Source: Saprospiraceae bacterium (GTDB taxonomy: Bacteria > Bacteroidota > Bacteroidia > Chitinophagales > Saprospiraceae). From it: a DNA stretch of 64,000 bases. The DNA lies in the NCBI GenBank assembly GCA_041752395.1, contig JBGSWN010000121.1:912-64911 (forward strand), written 5' to 3'. A program made the translations under genes and the position numbers. The notes below the pieces were generated by a model. That model did not search any database. It saw only the letters and a list, made by a program, of their open reading frames with translations, and was not told the DNA's origin. This document shows, one piece after another, positions 8,411-15,378 of this stretch (position 1 is its first letter; each line of letters begins with the position of its first letter).

Positions 8411-9421
8411 TTAAAGGCTCTCCTCGATAGTTGGTAGAGTTTTCCTCACTTCGATTTCTTTCGGAAGCATTACATAAAATGTTGTTCCCATATTCGCCTC
8501 AGATTTGTACCAAATATCCCCGTTGTGTATTTTTATTATCTTTTTGCAAATGGCCAAACCCATGCCCGTGCCTGGCCTTTCCAGGTGGCTGATGCGCTGA
8601 AACGGCATGAACGCCTTTTCCTGAAATCCCTCATCAAGTCCAAGTCCGTTGTCCGACACGGTGATTTGCCAATATCCTTCCCTTTCCTCGGCACTTATGG
8701 CTATTTCAATTGGCGCATCTCCCCTGAATTTTATGGCATTTGCCAGTAAGTTTTGAAACAACTGAAGCATGCCTGTCCGATGGCCCGTAATAGTTGGCAA
8801 ATCGGCGCAATCAATCCTAGCCTGGGCTTCGCTGATTTCCGCATTGAGGTTTTGTTTCACCAAATCAATCACTTCGTTTAGGCAAATACGCTCAAACTCC
8901 CTGGATTTATTGATGCCAGAATATTCAAGGAGGTCCCGAATTATCTCGTTCATGTGGCTTGCCCCTTTCACGATATAATCAATGAATTCGTTGGCTTCAG
9001 CATCTAGCTGCGGGGAATAGCGCCGCCGCAAAAGCCCAGCATAGCTTGCAATGGTGCGCAGTGGGCTTTTCAGGTCGTGTGAGGCGATGTAGGAGAATTG
9101 CTCAAGCTCGGCATACGATTTTTCGAGCATGTGGAGCTGCTCAGATAGCTTGTCTGATTGTTCCTCTACCAGCTGTTTTTGAAACTGTAGCTCATGGTTG
9201 GCTTCTACTATTTCTTTTTGCCGAAGGTGAAGTTCCTCAATTGTTCGGTTCAGCAGGTTCACCATGATGGACTTGTCCTTAATGGTGCGCTTCACCTGAA
9301 AATCCATGCGTGCCACCTCCTTCTTGAACCGCTCCACAAGCTGCAGCAGCCCTGCTTTCTCAGACTCGGAAGCGTCCAACGCCTGAATCCTCATTTGGAA
9401 AGCCTGGATTGCATTTTCCAT
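8411..9421 (-). CDS. Sensor histidine kinase (cytoplasmic, coiled-coil N-terminus, HisKA + HATPase_c)
   Basis: H-box FSYIASHDLKSPLRTI, N-box NLLANAIKF, G1 DNGLGLD and G2 GTGMGLAICKKII. No transmembrane segment. Confidence 0.9.
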   Translation of the reverse strand: MENAIQAFQMRIQALDASESEKAGLLQLVERFKKEVARMDFQVKRTIKDKSIMVNLLNRTIEELHLRQKEIVEANHELQFQKQLVEEQSDKLSEQLHMLEKSYAELEQFSYIASHDLKSPLRTIASYAGLLRRRYSPQLDAEANEFIDYIVKGASHMNEIIRDLLEYSGINKSREFERICLNEVIDLVKQNLNAEISEAQARIDCADLPTITGHRTGMLQLFQNLLANAIKFRGDAPIEIAISAEEREGYWQITVSDNGLGLDEGFQEKAFMPFQRISHLERPGTGMGLAICKKIIKIHNGDIWYKSEANMGTTFYVMLPKEIEVRKTLPTIEESL

Positions 9422-9457
9422 ATTGAGTTGTTTGTTCTGTGGTTAGAATTTATATGG

Positions 9458-9700
9458 TTAAAAAGGGGAACTTGCCCAGCTGCGTTCTTTCAGCACCACG
9501 AGCGAACAGGTTTCATTGTGAAACTCGCAAACACCGTTTTTTGCGTTCCCAATTTCACCGTAAGTAAAAAACCCAATCATCGGTTTTTTCCAGAAATCGT
9601 AGATGCCCTTCACCTCGTCCTCGATAAGTGGCCCTAAAGCGGCATGGCGTCCTTTGCAGGAAAAAAGAATCAGCGCATCCGCCGCTGCCGCTTGCGCTTT
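9458..9700 (-). other. In-frame continuation of the FIST gene after its TGA (80 codons encoding the conserved FIST_C end)
   Basis: The same frame as ORF 9701..10600 reads KAQAAAADALILFSCKGRHAALGPLIEDEVKGIYDFWKKPMIGFFTYGEIGNAKNGVCEFHNETCSLVVLKERSWASSPF, then TAA at 9460-9458. I checked every codon in 9461-9700 and found no stop. Confidence 0.8.
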
Positions 9701-10600
9701 TCATTTCCCAAACTCCCCAACCGTCTGGTCAATGACCTCGAAGCCTGGTGCAATGGAAAACCGGAACTTGTCGCCTCCAGCCAGCACGAGTGCCCCATTT
9801 TCTTTCAGGCTCATCAATGGAGCCCGGAGTACGGCAGACCCGTCCGGCTGCATGATCTGGAGCGGGTACTGTGCACTGATGTCGCTCACCTGGTTCTCCG
9901 AATTGGTGTTGTTGAAATACCCAAAATACTTGATGAAGGCATTGATGGCAGGTTCGTCATTTATTGTATAAACGATGTTTCCCTCGGCATGAGTGATCGT
10001 ATTTTCCATGCCTACGCCTTCCCAGCCGCTGGTGGCAAGGCCCTTAAGCTCGACCTTCTCCATATCAAATGCCAAAATAGCTATCCCATTATCCGTCACG
10101 GATTTGTCCGAAATGGCATAGGCAGCCTTTAGCTGAAGGTCATCCGCTGCCAGCCCACTGAATATCGGCGCCTCGTGCCCTATGCCAGCCTTCAGGCCAT
10201 AAACGATTTGTTCGGCATCAACGGAAACGCCGCCCGACATGACCAAAAGCGCAGGATTTTTAAAGCGCCTGACAGCATCTTCCCCAAGTTTCTTGCAGGT
10301 GGCATAAGGGTTGGTGCCTTCATAATCTTTCATGAAAACGCTATAATAATCCTTGTTGATTTCAAACAACAAACCAGTAACGATGCCGTCATGAACATTG
10401 TCATTCATTATCTCACCTGCCGTGGAAGCGCCAACCATGTCAATTCCCAGCTTGCAGAACAAGGCGGAAACCCCTGACATTTCAAAATGGATGGAACAAA
10501 AAACAATGGCCAGGTTGGGCTTGAAACCCGCCCCTGAAAGTGCTGCGATTTCCGTCGAAATGCCAGCCTCCGATTGAGCTATGAAAGTCTTGACTTGCAT
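9701..10600 (-). CDS. FIST-domain signal-sensing protein, ORF ends at an apparently premature in-frame TGA
   Basis: MQVKTFIAQSEAGISTEIAALSGAGFKPNLAIVFCSIHFE...VGASTAGEI matches the FIST_N pattern. A full-length protein of about 380 aa is restored if TGA 9703-9701 is read through (see the finding). Confidence 0.8.
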   Translation of the reverse strand: MQVKTFIAQSEAGISTEIAALSGAGFKPNLAIVFCSIHFEMSGVSALFCKLGIDMVGASTAGEIMNDNVHDGIVTGLLFEINKDYYSVFMKDYEGTNPYATCKKLGEDAVRRFKNPALLVMSGGVSVDAEQIVYGLKAGIGHEAPIFSGLAADDLQLKAAYAISDKSVTDNGIAILAFDMEKVELKGLATSGWEGVGMENTITHAEGNIVYTINDEPAINAFIKYFGYFNNTNSENQVSDISAQYPLQIMQPDGSAVLRAPLMSLKENGALVLAGGDKFRFSIAPGFEVIDQTVGEFGK

Positions 10601-10750
10601 CTAAGATTTTTAATAGTGATAAGAACCAGTTTGTAATTTTTCAAATTATAGGAATTGAAAAGGGAGGACCAGCCAGCGGAAGGGGAAAACAAACTTGATA
10701 GCGAACGAACCTTTGCCAAGGTCAATATTTCAAAAATAGCTCCAAAAAAA

Positions 10751-12505
10751 TCATCGAATCAACAAGACTGTGCCGCGCTTCTCGGTGCGCTTTCCATTGG
10801 CTTGATCAACTTTGATGATGTAAGCGTAAAGCCCTTGGGCTAAGGGCTTGCCGTTTTTTTGGCCATACCAACCCTTGTCAGGATCTTTCGTCCTAAAAAC
10901 CTCTTGCCCGTAGCGGTCGAAAATCTGCATTTCGTAACTGGCAAGGTCGCCCAGCACGATGAGCGGTTTGAACTCCTGGTTGAATCCCTCAGGCACGAAT
11001 GCGTTCGGGGCGAAAATGCGGGCAGCTTGAAAAACGCAGGCTACGTTGGAGCGGCTCTCCACGGCAACGGCCTGGCCATTTTGCCCAACAGCGTTTGACT
11101 GCGCCACCACGAAGTAGCAGGCCTGCGCCTCTTCAATATTGGTGGGGTCGTAGTTGTGCTGGTAGCTTGTCGCACTGCTGGCCGCCATGTCCAGTACGCT
11201 CGTCGTACCACCCACTGTTTTGTACAAGGTGTAGGAAGTAGCGCTCGTATTTTCAAAGTCAAAAGCCGTCCAGTCAAGTTGGTTTATGTTGCCGGGAAGT
11301 GGGGTCGCTGTGAGGTAAATTGTACTGCCATAGTTCGTCACCAGCGTAGAATCACACAGGTCCAAGGTTTGTATTTTATAAAAAACCTTTCCATTTTCAG
11401 CATCGCCACTGGCATCCGTGTAAGTGTTCGATGCTGGGAGCGGCAAGGTCGCCGCCTCCACTTCAATCGGCTGATAATCAGCGTTTTGGTCGCTCCGCAA
11501 TATTTGATATTCGACTAATTCTGCCAGCGGGTTCCATTCCCAATTCAGGTCCACGTCGCCATTGTTTTTAACGGAAACATTCAACAGCACCATTCCATCA
11601 GCCGACTGCACCACGTCCACTTGCAGGCAAACCTGGTTCGACTTGGCCACCGCTCCCGTCACTGCCTCTACCGCCCGCACCTCGAAGCAATAGGTCGCAC
11701 CATCCACCAAATTTCCCACCTCAAAACTCCCAGCGCTTGTGCCCGCATCAGCGACCGTCGCCAGCGCTGCTCCATTGATCCCAGCCCAAATTTGTTGCTC
11801 CGCAATGCCGTTTGTCCAGCCCACGTAATTGTTCCATGTCAGTTTCACCGACTGGTTGCAAGGAATCGGCTCCGCCTCAACAAAGATGCTCGTATGCTTC
11901 ATGTCAAAGATGCTCGTATTGCCGCAGGGGTCAAGCGCATTTACGTAATAGGACTCCGGGCCAATATTGGGGTCGGCAGCGAGGTCGGTATAGGTATTGC
12001 CGCTGAACACCGTGTCCACGGGAATAACCCCGATGCCCGTTTGCCGATAAATGATGTACCCGGTCACCTCTGGCGAAGGGCTGGGCTGCCAAGTCACCAC
12101 CGCCTGCCCGCCTTCCACGGATACCGTTTGGATGGGGGAAACCACTGGCGGGCGGTTGTCCAAAGTATCAGAAGTGATGGCCATTTGGCCGGGGCAATTG
12201 AAATTGCTGGTCAGGTAAAAAAACCACTGCTGCCCGCTGGGGTTGACGAAGGCGTAAAAATCCTGCGCCTGGTTCGTCACCGAGCCTTGCGGTGTGAAGG
12301 GGCCATTTGGGTTTTGGCTCGCCCAAACATCGTAGCTCACGAAGGGTCCGCAGCCATTCACGGGTAGGTCGAAAAACAACGTGTCACCTCGAACGCAACG
12401 CAGGTCGGGCGGTAGGATTTGTGCCTCCATTTTACCTGTAAAAACAAAGCCTAGGGCGAGCACGGTAAATATATTTCTCAAAAAAATCCAATTGTTGTTT
12501 TTCAT
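10751..12505 (-). CDS. Gliding-motility-associated / T9SS type B C-terminal domain protein with FN3-like repeats
   Basis: Start taken at MKNNNWIFLRNIFTVLALGFVF; an alternative ATG lies at 12526. The C-terminus AFVPEGFNQEFKPLIV...YEMQIFDRYGQEVFRTKD...GWYGQKNGKPLAQGLYAYIIKV...RGTVLLIR is the CHU_C/type B sorting domain. Confidence 0.85.
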   Translation of the reverse strand: MKNNNWIFLRNIFTVLALGFVFTGKMEAQILPPDLRCVRGDTLFFDLPVNGCGPFVSYDVWASQNPNGPFTPQGSVTNQAQDFYAFVNPSGQQWFFYLTSNFNCPGQMAITSDTLDNRPPVVSPIQTVSVEGGQAVVTWQPSPSPEVTGYIIYRQTGIGVIPVDTVFSGNTYTDLAADPNIGPESYYVNALDPCGNTSIFDMKHTSIFVEAEPIPCNQSVKLTWNNYVGWTNGIAEQQIWAGINGAALATVADAGTSAGSFEVGNLVDGATYCFEVRAVEAVTGAVAKSNQVCLQVDVVQSADGMVLLNVSVKNNGDVDLNWEWNPLAELVEYQILRSDQNADYQPIEVEAATLPLPASNTYTDASGDAENGKVFYKIQTLDLCDSTLVTNYGSTIYLTATPLPGNINQLDWTAFDFENTSATSYTLYKTVGGTTSVLDMAASSATSYQHNYDPTNIEEAQACYFVVAQSNAVGQNGQAVAVESRSNVACVFQAARIFAPNAFVPEGFNQEFKPLIVLGDLASYEMQIFDRYGQEVFRTKDPDKGWYGQKNGKPLAQGLYAYIIKVDQANGKRTEKRGTVLLIR

Positions 12506-12532
12506 AAATATCTGATTTTCAATCATTTAAAA

Positions 12533-13285
12533 TCACTTCCCTAGCTCCCCTATTTCCAGTTTCTCCTTGAATTTTTGCTCAAAATCTGCCATGCTGTACA
12601 CAGCCTTCAGGCGGTATTCGATTCGACGCTGGTCACTCACGTCTTTTTTGAAATAAACGAGGCCCAGCTTTTTGGCATAAACCTCGGTGCCGCCAAATTC
12701 CAGTTCCAAATGCCCCTCTACCTCTTGGTCAACGAGTTCCCGGGTGTTGAATTTCACGGCAGACACATTTTTTCCATCAAAAACAACGGTCGTATCGCTG
12801 TCGTATTGTCGGTTCCTGACCAAGGTGATACTCGACGAATCGCCCGACTGCCGCCAGTGCAGCGAGGAAAGCAACACGTTGCCCAACGGTTTCACCTCGA
12901 AGGGGAAGACGTTCGCCGCTTCGATTTCCGCCTCGATTTGCTGGCTTTTCCCTTCGGCGTCCGTTTCATAAACGTAGAAATCGTTGAGCAACATCCCGTT
13001 GTTCACCCGCTCCTCCCGCACGAATTGGTCTGGTTCAAACGACGGATTGTAGGACATCCCCACCAGAAAGGCACTCCCATCTTTCAGCACGGAGCGATAG
13101 TACCAGTAAACTGGCGGGTCGTTCTCTTCGTGGACGGGCTCGTACTCGTAAACCATGCCGTCTTGAAGGTCAATCAGCGGGTAGTAATATTCTTCAATGT
13201 TTTTAAGGCCGTTTTGTTCCTTGTTTGCGCAAGCAAAAAAGAAAACCGAGAAAACTGCCAAGCAAAAAATGACTGGATACTTCAT
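12533..13285 (-). CDS. Lipoprotein, hypothetical
   Basis: MKYPVIFCLAVFSVFFFACANKEQ contains a lipobox. The track ORF starts one codon earlier at TTG 13288. Its stop lies 7-28 nt before the next gene start, so the two are probably co-transcribed. Confidence 0.7.
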   Translation of the reverse strand: MKYPVIFCLAVFSVFFFACANKEQNGLKNIEEYYYPLIDLQDGMVYEYEPVHEENDPPVYWYYRSVLKDGSAFLVGMSYNPSFEPDQFVREERVNNGMLLNDFYVYETDAEGKSQQIEAEIEAANVFPFEVKPLGNVLLSSLHWRQSGDSSSITLVRNRQYDSDTTVVFDGKNVSAVKFNTRELVDQEVEGHLELEFGGTEVYAKKLGLVYFKKDVSDQRRIEYRLKAVYSMADFEQKFKEKLEIGELGK

Positions 13286-13320
13286 CAAATAACTATTTCA
13301 GAACTGGATTGGTGCTGCTT

Positions 13321-13355
13321 GAAACTCGAAACTCACCGCTCGAAACTCACTCCTT
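13321..13355. repeat. Five-unit heptad array (GAAACTC type) overlapping the rsmI stop codon
   Basis: GAAACTC GAAACTC ACCGCTC GAAACTC ACTCCTT. The rsmI stop (TCA on the plus strand) is at 13347-13349. Confidence 0.85.
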
Positions 13356-14012
13356 CCCTGCCACCACTACCACAATCTCGCCCTTCACGGTTTTTTCCTT
13401 GTAAAACGCCGACAATTGCACCAGCGTGTCCGTGCGGATTTCTTCGTGCATTTTTGTCAGCTCCCGTGCAACGCAGGCTTGCCGCTCCGGCCCGCAGACT
13501 TCGGCCAGTTGGTCCAAGCACTTGACTAGGCGGTTCGGCGATTCGTAGAGAATGAAGGTGCAGGGCTGTTCTGCGAGGTATTTCAAGCGGGTTTGGCGGC
13601 CTTTTTTATGGGGCAAAAAACCCTCGAAAAAGAACTTGTCGCAAGGCAGCCCGCTCGCCGCCAATGCAGGCACGAAGGCCGTCGGCCCCGGCAAACACTC
13701 CACCCGCACGCCTTGCCGCACGCATTCCCGCACCAACAGAAACCCGGGGTCGGAAATGCCCGGTGTGCCAGCATCGGAGGCAAGCGCAAAAGTCGCCCCG
13801 CCCTTGAGTTGCTGCACGATATTGGCCGTCACCGAATGCTCGTTGAAGGCATGAAAAGCGGAAACGGGCGTCTGGATTTGGAAGTGGTCGAGCAGGCGTT
13901 TCGTTACCCTCGTGTCCTCGGCCCATACCCTGTCCACTTCCTTGAGGATGCGCAGCGCCCGGAGCGTGATGTCTTCCAAATTGCCGATGGGGGTAGGGAT
14001 GAGGTATAGCAT
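13347..14012 (-). CDS. rsmI: 16S rRNA (cytidine1402-2'-O)-methyltransferase
   Basis: MLYLIPTPIGNLEDITLRALRILKEVDRVWAEDTRVTKRLLDHFQI is the canonical RsmI N-terminus. Confidence 0.92.
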   Translation of the reverse strand: MLYLIPTPIGNLEDITLRALRILKEVDRVWAEDTRVTKRLLDHFQIQTPVSAFHAFNEHSVTANIVQQLKGGATFALASDAGTPGISDPGFLLVRECVRQGVRVECLPGPTAFVPALAASGLPCDKFFFEGFLPHKKGRQTRLKYLAEQPCTFILYESPNRLVKCLDQLAEVCGPERQACVARELTKMHEEIRTDTLVQLSAFYKEKTVKGEIVVVVAGKE

Positions 14013-14017
14013 TTGAA

Positions 14018-14095
14018 GAATTGAGAATTGAGAATTGAAAATGGAGAATTGGCATCACGAGCATTTTCCATTTTCCATTTTCAACTCTCCATTAT
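14018..14095. repeat. Inverted pair of five-unit heptad arrays filling the purS-rsmI spacer
   Basis: GAATTGA x3 AAATGGA GAATTGG (14018-14052), then the spacer CATCACGA, then GCATTTT CCATTTT CCATTTT CAACTCT CCATTAT (14061-14095). The second arm overlaps the purS stop. Confidence 0.85.
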
Positions 14096-14332
14096 TGTAA
14101 AATGGTAGGTTTCCATGATCAGGTTTGCGAGCAGTTTCTTGCAGGCGCCGTCAACTTTGCTGGAGGCTTCTTCCTTGCTGACCGCCTCGATTTCCATGCG
14201 AATATGCTTGCCAATGCGGATGTCCTCGACGCCTTCAATATGCAGGTTGCTCATGCTCTGCTGCACGGCCTTGCCTTGTGGATCGAGGAGTTCCCTGTGT
14301 GGCATGATGTCTATTTCTGCGGTGTATTTCAT
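14081..14332 (-). CDS. purS: Phosphoribosylformylglycinamidine synthase subunit PurS
   Basis: 83 aa. MKYTAEIDIMPHRELLDPQGKAVQQSMSNLHIEGVEDIRIGKHIRMEIEA matches the PurS pattern. Confidence 0.9.
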   Translation of the reverse strand: MKYTAEIDIMPHRELLDPQGKAVQQSMSNLHIEGVEDIRIGKHIRMEIEAVSKEEASSKVDGACKKLLANLIMETYHFTIMES

Positions 14333-14368
14333 TGGATGGTGATTGGTGACTGGTGATTAGGGATTGGG
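14331..14368. repeat. Heptad array (GGTGATT type) abutting the purS start codon
   Basis: ATTGGAT GGTGATT GGTGACT GGTGATT AGGGATT GGG. The first unit includes the complement of the purS ATG. Confidence 0.85.
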
Positions 14369-14384
14369 AGATACCGACAGCCGA

Positions 14385-15104
14385 TCACGAGTTCCGACTA
14401 ACTTTCAGGTAAACAAATAACGAGAACAGCACGTGGCCAACGATGATGAACGGGAAGGCTGCCTCCCGCATGACTGCCAACAGCCCAACTGCAAAGGCGG
14501 CAAAGGTAAACCGAATCTCATTGCCCGCCCAAGCGAGGTTTTTGAATTTTAGGCTAAACATCGGCAGTCCGGCCACCATCAGCAGGCAAAGTACGGGGAT
14601 GTTGAGATAGAGGAAAACGGGGTTCGTGACGATTTTGCCCAAGCCAAAAGAATCGAAATGGTAGATGAGCAGCAGGCCGATGGCGTAGATGGCGCAGGAA
14701 GGCGTCGGCATCCCGATGAAATTCTCGGTTTGGCGGGTATCAATATTGAAATTGGCCAAGCGGATGGCGGCGAAAAGCGTGATGAGAAAAGCGGGCGAAG
14801 CAGCCAGCGTGAGTTGAATCGGCAGCACATCGTGGCCTGCGAGGCCCTTCACCAGCAGCATGTAAATCACAGCGCCGGGCGCTACCCCAAATGAAACCAT
14901 GTCCGCCAGCGAATCAAGCTGCTGCCCGAGCGGCGACTTCACCTTGAGCATACGGGCGCAGGCGCCGTCGAGGTAGTCGGCGATACCACTGCCCAAGCTG
15001 AACCAGAATGCCTGTACGAACTGCCCGTACAGCACACTGGCTATTGCGCAGCAACCAAAAAACAGGTTGAGCAAGGTGATAAAATTCGGAATGTGTCTTT
15101 TCAT
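14385..15104 (-). CDS. pssA: CDP-diacylglycerol--serine O-phosphatidyltransferase (CDP-alcohol phosphatidyltransferase family)
   Basis: Start at MKRHIPNFITLLNLFFG. The motif DYLDGACARMLKVKSPLGQQLDSLAD matches DGx2ARx8Gx3Dx3D. The protein has multiple transmembrane helices. Confidence 0.88.
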   Translation of the reverse strand: MKRHIPNFITLLNLFFGCCAIASVLYGQFVQAFWFSLGSGIADYLDGACARMLKVKSPLGQQLDSLADMVSFGVAPGAVIYMLLVKGLAGHDVLPIQLTLAASPAFLITLFAAIRLANFNIDTRQTENFIGMPTPSCAIYAIGLLLIYHFDSFGLGKIVTNPVFLYLNIPVLCLLMVAGLPMFSLKFKNLAWAGNEIRFTFAAFAVGLLAVMREAAFPFIIVGHVLFSLFVYLKVSRNS

Positions 15105-15378
15105 GCCCAATTTGCGGTCTAAGCAGTTTCTTGAAAAACCCAACCCCAAAGGTCGGCCTAGGCGTCACTCATTTTGGGCAAAAGTAATATTTTGCCATTT
15201 ACCCAAAGCATAAAGCAAAAATTAGGAATGTCGCAGATTGGCAGCAAACCGTTCTTAACTTAGTGATAACTGACTTATGCCGTCAAATCTGTACTTTTGC
15301 CGCCCTTAATTGCGTTCCAAAAAAAATTCACACCGCCGACTCAGTCGGTTTTTCACTAAAAAAAAGAGACAGACCGTT

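Noticed and set aside
9671-9703. Selenocysteine recoding of the in-frame TGA in the FIST gene
   Set aside because: Only a 6-bp stem with a 15-nt loop follows the codon, which is not a convincing bacterial SECIS. FIST proteins are not known selenoproteins, and no sel genes lie in the window. It is kept only as a remote alternative within the finding.
12575-13525. 316-aa plus-strand ORF
   Set aside because: It lies antisense to the lipoprotein gene and rsmI, and its translation has no motif. The minus-strand genes have clear signal-peptide and RsmI signatures.
13321-14368. CRISPR array as an explanation for the short tandem repeats
   Set aside because: The units are 7-9 nt with no intervening unique spacers, the arrays are only ~35 nt long, and no cas genes are present.
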